Below are positions 26,780 through 31,883 of a DNA stretch of 31,883 nt, in pieces. Positions within the stretch are counted from its first letter, which is position 1. Each line of letters begins with the position of its first letter. Origin of the DNA: Anaerolineae bacterium (GTDB lineage Bacteria > Chloroflexota > Anaerolineae > B4-G1 > SLSP01). Location: contig JBNGDR010000001.1 of the NCBI GenBank assembly GCA_049975685.1, positions 1 to 31,883 on the forward strand, given 5' to 3'. A model generated the notes under the pieces. That model searched no databases. It saw nothing but the letters and a program-made list of their open reading frames with translations, and was not told the origin of the DNA. Position numbers and translations under genes: made by a program.

Positions 26780-28615
26780 ATGCGAAGACGGTATACTCTG
26801 GCGCTATGTTTCTTATTGGTGTTCGCCCTCTTTGGGGTAACAACAGTCCGAGCGCAAAGTAAGAGTTTCTATTGGCAGCGTTTTGACGTCGACATCACCA
26901 TCAACGAGGATGGTACTTTCTGGGTCGAAGAGAGCATGATCATCCAATTCTCTGGCGGCACCTTCAGCTTCGGCTACCGCAATATTGATATGAGTCGCCT
27001 GGGCGAGATCACCGACGTCCAGGTGTCCGATCCCACCCAGACCTATCAACGATCTTCCAGCCAGGATCCCTACACCTTCCGCACCACCACCGAGGAGGGG
27101 GACTTCTACATCTATTGGTACTTCCCACCTACACAGGGCGCCCAGACCTACACCGTCCGGTACCTGGTTCACGATGGACTCCGCTACTATGAGGACGGCG
27201 ACCAGATCTGGTGGAAGGCCATCCCCTCGGATCTGGACGCGCGCGTTGAGAATTCCACCGTTACCGTTCATCTCCCTGCTAACGCCCAGATGGCGGAGGC
27301 CTATTTTACGGATGCCAATGTCTCAGGCGTCGGCACACAGACAGTCACCTTCGAGGCCCGGGAACCTATCTATCCGGGTGAGGAGTTCGAGGTGCGCGCG
27401 CAATTTCCCAGCGGCATCGTAGCAGGCTCCGCGCCTTCATGGCAACGCGCGGAGGACTTCCAGGATGAATGGGGGTCGGTCATTGACCTCGTCATCATCG
27501 TCGGGAGCTTCCTGCTCCTTATCCTCGGTATCGGCGGACTCATCCTCCTCTGGTATCTGCGGGGACGCGACCCGCAGGTGGAGATCCCAGCGGAAATCCT
27601 CACCGAACCGCCCTCAGATGACCCACCAGGTGTAGCAGGTACCCTCATGGACGAGAAAGCCGACCTCCAGGATATCGTCGCCACGCTGGTTGATCTGGCC
27701 AAGCGGGGCTACGTTGTCTTCGAGGAGGAACAGTCGAAGGGCATCTTCGGCTCGACCAACCGGGAGTTCACCTTCCGCCGAACGGATAAGAGCAAAGATG
27801 GGCTAAAACCCTACGAGCGGCAACTCCTGGATGCCGTATTCGGGCGCCGCGCTAGCCGGGAGCTCAAGGATCTCCAGGAGAAATTCTACAAGCACATCCC
27901 CGAGCTCAAGAAAGCGCTGTACCAGGCCCTGGTTGATCGCGGCTACTTCGCCGGCAGTCCCAACAGTGTCCGGGGGAAGTATGCCGGCTTCGGTGTCCTC
28001 GCGATCATCGCCGGGATCCTGATGGCCGTCGGGCTCAGTTGCGTTGCTTCGTCCTGGACCACCTTCCCCTTCTGTCCGGGTATAGCCATAACGGTGGCCG
28101 GCGTCGGACTCATCATCGTCGGTCAATTCATGCCTCACAAATCACGCCAGGGCAAGGAGACGGCGCTCAAATGGGAGGCCTTCCGCCGTTACCTCAGAGA
28201 GGCCGAGCGCCACACCGATCTCAAAGAAGCCACCGACATCTTTGAGAAATATCTACCCTACGCCATCGCCTTCGGTCTGGAGAAGAGCTGGGTCAACAAG
28301 TTCACCAGCCTGCCACAAAGCACCGTCGTCCCCATGCCCATGTGGTACCGGCCCTACTATGCCCCCAGGGGTGGACGGGGACGCGCCGAAGCTTCCCCTA
28401 TCCAACGGGGGAGCGGCATGCCTTCACTGCAGGAGGCCAGTGACAGCATGACAGGGGGGTTGCAAAGTATGTCTGACGGCCTGATGTCCATGTTGAACAG
28501 TACCGCAAGCACGTTCACCAGCTCCCCCTCCAGCTCCGGCAGCAGCGGCGGCTGGAGTGGTGGCGGCGGCGGTGGGGGCGGTGGCGGCGGCGGTGGGGGC
28601 GGCGGCTTCGGATAG
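26780..28615 (+). CDS. DUF2207-domain membrane protein
   Basis: Signal peptide, DVDITINEDGTFWVEE, ATLVDLAKRG, WEAFRRYL, YLPYAIAFGLEKSW, and a Ser/Gly-rich tail ending GGGGGFG. RBS GAGGAGG. Confidence 0.9.
   Translation: MRRRYTLALCFLLVFALFGVTTVRAQSKSFYWQRFDVDITINEDGTFWVEESMIIQFSGGTFSFGYRNIDMSRLGEITDVQVSDPTQTYQRSSSQDPYTFRTTTEEGDFYIYWYFPPTQGAQTYTVRYLVHDGLRYYEDGDQIWWKAIPSDLDARVENSTVTVHLPANAQMAEAYFTDANVSGVGTQTVTFEAREPIYPGEEFEVRAQFPSGIVAGSAPSWQRAEDFQDEWGSVIDLVIIVGSFLLLILGIGGLILLWYLRGRDPQVEIPAEILTEPPSDDPPGVAGTLMDEKADLQDIVATLVDLAKRGYVVFEEEQSKGIFGSTNREFTFRRTDKSKDGLKPYERQLLDAVFGRRASRELKDLQEKFYKHIPELKKALYQALVDRGYFAGSPNSVRGKYAGFGVLAIIAGILMAVGLSCVASSWTTFPFCPGIAITVAGVGLIIVGQFMPHKSRQGKETALKWEAFRRYLREAERHTDLKEATDIFEKYLPYAIAFGLEKSWVNKFTSLPQSTVVPMPMWYRPYYAPRGGRGRAEASPIQRGSGMPSLQEASDSMTGGLQSMSDGLMSMLNSTASTFTSSPSSSGSSGGWSGGGGGGGGGGGGGGGGFG
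28559..28600 (+). repeat. Perfect 21-nt tandem repeat x2 in the poly-Gly tail of DUF2207
   Basis: GGTGGCGGCGGCGGTGGGGGC at 28559-28579 and 28580-28600. Confidence 0.85.
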
Positions 28616-28616
28616 A

Positions 28617-28765
28617 CAGCCCCTGGAGGAGATTCCCATCATCGTCCTGACCGCGCTCGCTATCCCCGACGATGGGGGACTCTGCCTGGCGGCAGACGTC
28701 GACGCGAGATCCCCTCCAAGCAGGTGGACGGTCGGCCAACGGCCCTGGTAGAGTGCTTTTGCTCG
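28617..28765 (+). pseudogene. Decayed C-terminal half of a response-regulator receiver (REC) domain
   Basis: Reads PLEEIPIIVLTALAIPDDGGLCLAADVDA, then after a frameshift SKQVD...LVE. This resembles the hybrid-kinase REC pattern IPIIALTALAMPGDRERCLAAGADxYLSKPV. No start codon or N-terminal half. Confidence 0.6.
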
Positions 28766-28794
28766 TTATCGGTTCATCAAATCAGGGCTAACAG

Positions 28795-28826
28795 CAAACT
28801 CCCCCGATCTCGATCGGGGGAGTTTG
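28795..28826. terminator. Bidirectional intrinsic terminator between DUF2207 and the FmdB-type gene
   Basis: Perfect 14-bp inverted repeat CAAACTCCCCCGAT / ATCGGGGGAGTTTG, loop CTCG. Confidence 0.85.
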
Positions 28827-28849
28827 TGTACTTGCGTCACAACGACCGG

Positions 28850-29269
28850 CTAGAAATCCAGGGAGTCGTCATAGCCAGCGGGTCCACCCTCCAGACCTTC
28901 CGCCAGATCAGGGACCTCCTTCTCAATCTCCTCAGGATCCTGCCCCGACTCCAGCCGATCTACGACCTCCTCGAATTCCGGTCCCAGGTCACCGACCTCG
29001 TCGCCCATTTCGTCCATCATCTTGCGCATGAAGCGCCCCATGCTCTTGGGATCGTTCTCGTCGAAATCTCCCCAGGCACTGGGATCGGCCAGATCCTCCA
29101 TCCTGCTCTCTTCGGAACGGACCACCCTGATCCGCGATACCAAACGCTTGACCCTATCCGAGCCACAGTGGGTGCATTTAGGCTCCGCCTCCTCAGCTGC
29201 GGAGTAGGTGCGCCAGAACGCAGAAAAACGACGCCGGCAATTCAGACAGCGATACTCATAAATGGGCAT
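28850..29269 (-). CDS. FmdB-family zinc-ribbon (CxxC...CxxC) putative regulatory protein
   Basis: MPIYEYRCLNCRRRF...PKCTHCGS...RLVSR, acidic C-terminus (DENDPKSMGRFMRKM). RBS GGGGAG. Confidence 0.88.
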   Translation of the reverse strand: MPIYEYRCLNCRRRFSAFWRTYSAAEEAEPKCTHCGSDRVKRLVSRIRVVRSEESRMEDLADPSAWGDFDENDPKSMGRFMRKMMDEMGDEVGDLGPEFEEVVDRLESGQDPEEIEKEVPDLAEGLEGGPAGYDDSLDF

Positions 29270-29290
29270 TGTTTCTCTCCCCCCTGAATG

Positions 29291-29299
29291 TGGTATATT
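29291..29299 (+). promoter_or_regulatory. Possible extended -10 promoter for gmk
   Basis: TGg-TATATT. Confidence 0.4.
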
Positions 29300-29338
29300 A
29301 CATATATAAACCGAGAGACCTTATGGTCCTCGAAACGA

Positions 29339-29366
29339 ATTATACACAAAAGAGGACGAGGTGCAA
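29339..29366 (-). promoter_or_regulatory. Sigma70-type promoter for the FmdB-type gene
   Basis: Minus strand TTGCAC (29366-61), 16-nt spacer, TATAAT (29344-39). Confidence 0.6.
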
Positions 29367-29370
29367 CCGA

Positions 29371-30000
29371 ATGGTCGAGCCCATAGTACAAGATCCTTAT
29401 AATCCCAAGCGTTATCCACTACTCATCGTTATCTCCGGACCTTCGGGAGTAGGGAAAGACAGCGTCGTGCAGGAATTGAAGAAGCGCAACTACCCCTTCC
29501 ATTTCGTGGTGACGGCAACCTCTCGATCCCCGCGCCCCGAGGAGGTGGATGGCGTTGATTACATCTTCGTCTCGGAGAAGAAGTTCAAGAAGATGATCGA
29601 TGACGATGAATTATTGGAGCACGCTATCGTCTACGGTCAACACAAGGGTATCCCCAAGGAACAGGTGCGCCAGGCCCTGGCAAGCGGCAAAGATGTCGTG
29701 ATGCGCCTGGACGTACAAGGTGCAGCGACAGTACGCACCATCGTGCCTGAGGCCATCCTTATCTTCTTGAGCGTACCCAGCGAAGAGGAACTTCTTGCCC
29801 GATTGCGTCAACGCGACACCGACACGGAGGAGCAGATCCAACGCCGACTGCGATTGGCCAAGGAAGAGATGAAACGGGTGCGCGAGTTCGACTATCTGGT
29901 GATGAACCATCACTGCCAGCTGGACGACGCTGTGGATCAGATCATCGCCATCATCGAGAGCGAGCACTGCCGTGCAAAACCACGTCAGGTGACCTTGTAG
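29371..30000 (+). CDS. gmk: Guanylate kinase
   Basis: LIVISGPSGVGKD, TATSRSPRPEEVDGVDYIFVS, LDVQGA, FDYLVMN. RBS GAGGTG. Confidence 0.95.
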   Translation: MVEPIVQDPYNPKRYPLLIVISGPSGVGKDSVVQELKKRNYPFHFVVTATSRSPRPEEVDGVDYIFVSEKKFKKMIDDDELLEHAIVYGQHKGIPKEQVRQALASGKDVVMRLDVQGAATVRTIVPEAILIFLSVPSEEELLARLRQRDTDTEEQIQRRLRLAKEEMKRVREFDYLVMNHHCQLDDAVDQIIAIIESEHCRAKPRQVTL

Positions 30001-30012
30001 CAAGAGGCCAAC

Positions 30013-30753
30013 ATGGATACGCCACCTGATTCTGAACAGCCATCATCCCCGTGGCCCGCTCACTTTGGGCTCCCCCTCTTCCCTGTACGGCTCACCTATC
30101 TTCTTATCGGGGTAAATATCCTCATCTTTCTGCCCACGTTTTTTCTGGGAACCCCGGTCTATTCATTGGCCGGGCTGGTGCCCCGTCGCATCCTGATAGA
30201 TGGAGAATGGTGGCGACTGCTCACAGGTGGTTTCCTCCACGCCGATCTCGCCCACATCGCCTTCAACATGTACGCACTCTACGTCTTCGGGCAGGATGTC
30301 GAGCGGATATTCGGTGCCTTACGCTTCGGTCTCATCTATTTCCTGGCGCTGCTGGGAGGAAACGTCCTCGTCATTCTCCTGACCCCCCTGGATACCCTCA
30401 CGGTTGGCGCCTCAGGTGCTATTCTCGGCGTGTTGGGCGCACTCGTAGCCTTCTACTGGCGATATCAGGAGCTGGTTATCGGCGGCCGCCGCCGACTCAC
30501 CAATCTGGTAACGACGGCCCTCATCAACCTGGGCCTGGGGTTACTACCTCGTATCAGCATGTGGGGACACGCGGGCGGCACTCTCACCGGACTTGCAGCA
30601 GGATTTATCCTCTTGCCCGTCTACCGTATCATCTCCCAGCCCTTTCCCTACTTTGAACGGGAGTGGAAGCCAAAGCGTGAAAAAGCAGGTATCGGTCTTA
30701 TCCTCGGTATCTGTCTACTGACCCTGGGATTGGCCATCATACTCCGGACGTAA
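30013..30753 (+). CDS. Rhomboid-family intramembrane serine protease
   Basis: [23 protein letters not shown], catalytic VGASGA and WGHAGG. Confidence 0.93.
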   Translation: MDTPPDSEQPSSPWPAHFGLPLFPVRLTYLLIGVNILIFLPTFFLGTPVYSLAGLVPRRILIDGEWWRLLTGGFLHADLAHIAFNMYALYVFGQDVERIFGALRFGLIYFLALLGGNVLVILLTPLDTLTVGASGAILGVLGALVAFYWRYQELVIGGRRRLTNLVTTALINLGLGLLPRISMWGHAGGTLTGLAAGFILLPVYRIISQPFPYFEREWKPKREKAGIGLILGICLLTLGLAIILRT

Positions 30754-30765
30754 GGAGACAGGACG

Positions 30766-30996
30766 ATGCGTGGGCCCCTTGATCTGCGAATCGGTGACGT
30801 GGTAGAGCTGCGTAAACCCCATCCCTGCGGGGGGCACACCTGGCGGATCGAACGCGTCGGCGCAGATATCGGCGCAGAATGCCTGACCTGTGGGCGCTAC
30901 GTCATGCTCCCCCGCCCTCGTTTTGAAAAACAAATTAAACGCTTCATCACTCGGGGTCCTGCCTCCGAGAAGAATGCCTCTAAGGAGAGCCTCTGA
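30766..30996 (+). CDS. DUF951-domain protein
   Basis: [17 protein letters not shown]...[34 protein letters not shown]. Confidence 0.92.
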   Translation: MRGPLDLRIGDVVELRKPHPCGGHTWRIERVGADIGAECLTCGRYVMLPRPRFEKQIKRFITRGPASEKNASKESL

Positions 30997-31883
30997 AGGA
31001 TCTCACCCGCTTCCTCTTCATCCTCTCTCATACCGGAGGAGGACATCGGGCCAGCGCCGGAGCAGTACGTGATGAGCTTCATCGCCTCCACGGTGACGCT
31101 GTGCAGGTGGAGCTCCTCGATCTCTTCACCGCCCTGGATCTCTGGCCCTTTGACCGTCTACCTGCGTGGTGGCCGGCCATGATAGGCATGCGAGGCCTCC
31201 CGTGGGCACTTCTTTACCGTCTCACGAACGGGGCAAAACGGATGAAAGTGCTCTCACGTCTGGCCTGGCCCTATGTAGGTGCAACCTGCCAGCGGATCCT
31301 GCGCCAGCATCCAGCAGACGTCGTCGTCTCCTTCCATCCCGTGCCCAACTACACGCTGCAAAGAGTTTACGCTCAGGAACCAACAAAACCCTCACTGGCG
31401 ACCATCGTCTTGGATCTGGTCAGCGTGCACGCAGCGTGGTTTGTACCAGGCTACGACCTCTACGTGGTCCCCACTGCTGGTGCAGCTGCCCGGGCCTGCC
31501 AGTGGGGAGTTCCATCTGAGCGACTACAGGTCGTCGGCATGCCTACACGCCGCAGTTTCGTCGAGAGAATGGATCTCCCCCGAGAAACAGCCCGTCGCCA
31601 CCTGGGACTTGATGACGAGAAGCCCCTGGTGCTTTTCGTCGGGGGAGGTGAAGGGATGGGGCCTATCGAAGCCGTCATCAAAGCAGTCGGGGCAGCACGT
31701 CCACCGGCTCAGTTGGCCGTCATCACGGGACGTAATGACACGTTGCGCCGCCGGCTCATTCGGCTTGACCTCCCCCTGCGAGTTGAGGGATTCGTAACTG
31801 AGATGGAGCTCTGGTTCCGTGCCGCCGATCTACTTGTGACCAAGGCTGGTCCCAATACCCTCGCGGAAGCCTTTATCACGGGC
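30993..31883 (+). CDS. GT28 monogalactosyl/diglucosyl-diacylglycerol synthase (MGDG synthase/UgtP-like); apparent CTG start; runs off the window end
   Basis: Manual translation: (L/M)[21 protein letters not shown]...DVVVSFHP...[13 protein letters not shown]...VVGMP...[10 protein letters not shown]...GRN...GFV...[16 protein letters not shown]. Absent from the ORF track. Confidence 0.88.
   Translation, partial: MKDLTRFLFILSHTGGGHRASAGAVRDELHRLHGDAVQVELLDLFTALDLWPFDRLPAWWPAMIGMRGLPWALLYRLTNGAKRMKVLSRLAWPYVGATCQRILRQHPADVVVSFHPVPNYTLQRVYAQEPTKPSLATIVLDLVSVHAAWFVPGYDLYVVPTAGAAARACQWGVPSERLQVVGMPTRRSFVERMDLPRETARRHLGLDDEKPLVLFVGGGEGMGPIEAVIKAVGAARPPAQLAVITGRNDTLRRRLIRLDLPLRVEGFVTEMELWFRAADLLVTKAGPNTLAEAFITG

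Noticed and set aside
28540-28612. G-rich run as a G-quadruplex or phase-variable tract
   Set aside because: Fully explained by the poly-Gly tail normal for DUF2207, and the repeat unit is in frame.
29630-29655. HKGI in place of the YYGT motif in Gmk
   Set aside because: All other motifs are intact, so this is likely lineage variation. It cannot be judged without an alignment.
1-31883. CRISPR arrays, tRNA/rRNA genes, transposases, integrases, phage genes
   Set aside because: No spaced direct repeats, cloverleaf signatures or mobile-element motifs were seen. Nearly all sequence is accounted for by the listed CDSs.

Overview
This looks like chromosomal DNA from a Chloroflexota (probably Anaerolineae) bacterium. 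That is an inference from gene content, Pro/Thr linkers and terminal [YF]-[LI]-P-[LV]-[IVA] motifs. No rRNA, tRNA, CRISPR array or mobile element was found. Bases 1098-21232 form a tightly packed, 14-gene, minus-strand surface-glycosylation locus. It contains: four GT2/GT4 glycosyltransferases (one is a 1090-aa multidomain protein with a coiled coil); a Wzt-type ABC ATPase with no adjacent Wzm; two GT-C enzymes (GT39/PMT-like and DUF2723); a UPF0104 flippase-like protein; DUF4012; a SAM methyltransferase; a secreted beta-propeller; and three exported clan GH-A hydrolases. A secreted beta-helix protein follows at <1-714 and is missed by the ORF track. Divergent from the locus is glmU, preceded by a structured ~150-nt leader with a U7 tract, then a CNNM/CBS protein and cdd. 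The rest is a small membrane protein, alr, DUF2207, a decayed response-regulator fragment, an FmdB zinc-ribbon gene, gmk, a rhomboid, DUF951, and a GT28 MGDG-synthase-like gene that apparently starts at CTG and runs off the window end. All family assignments come from motif recognition by eye, not from database searches.
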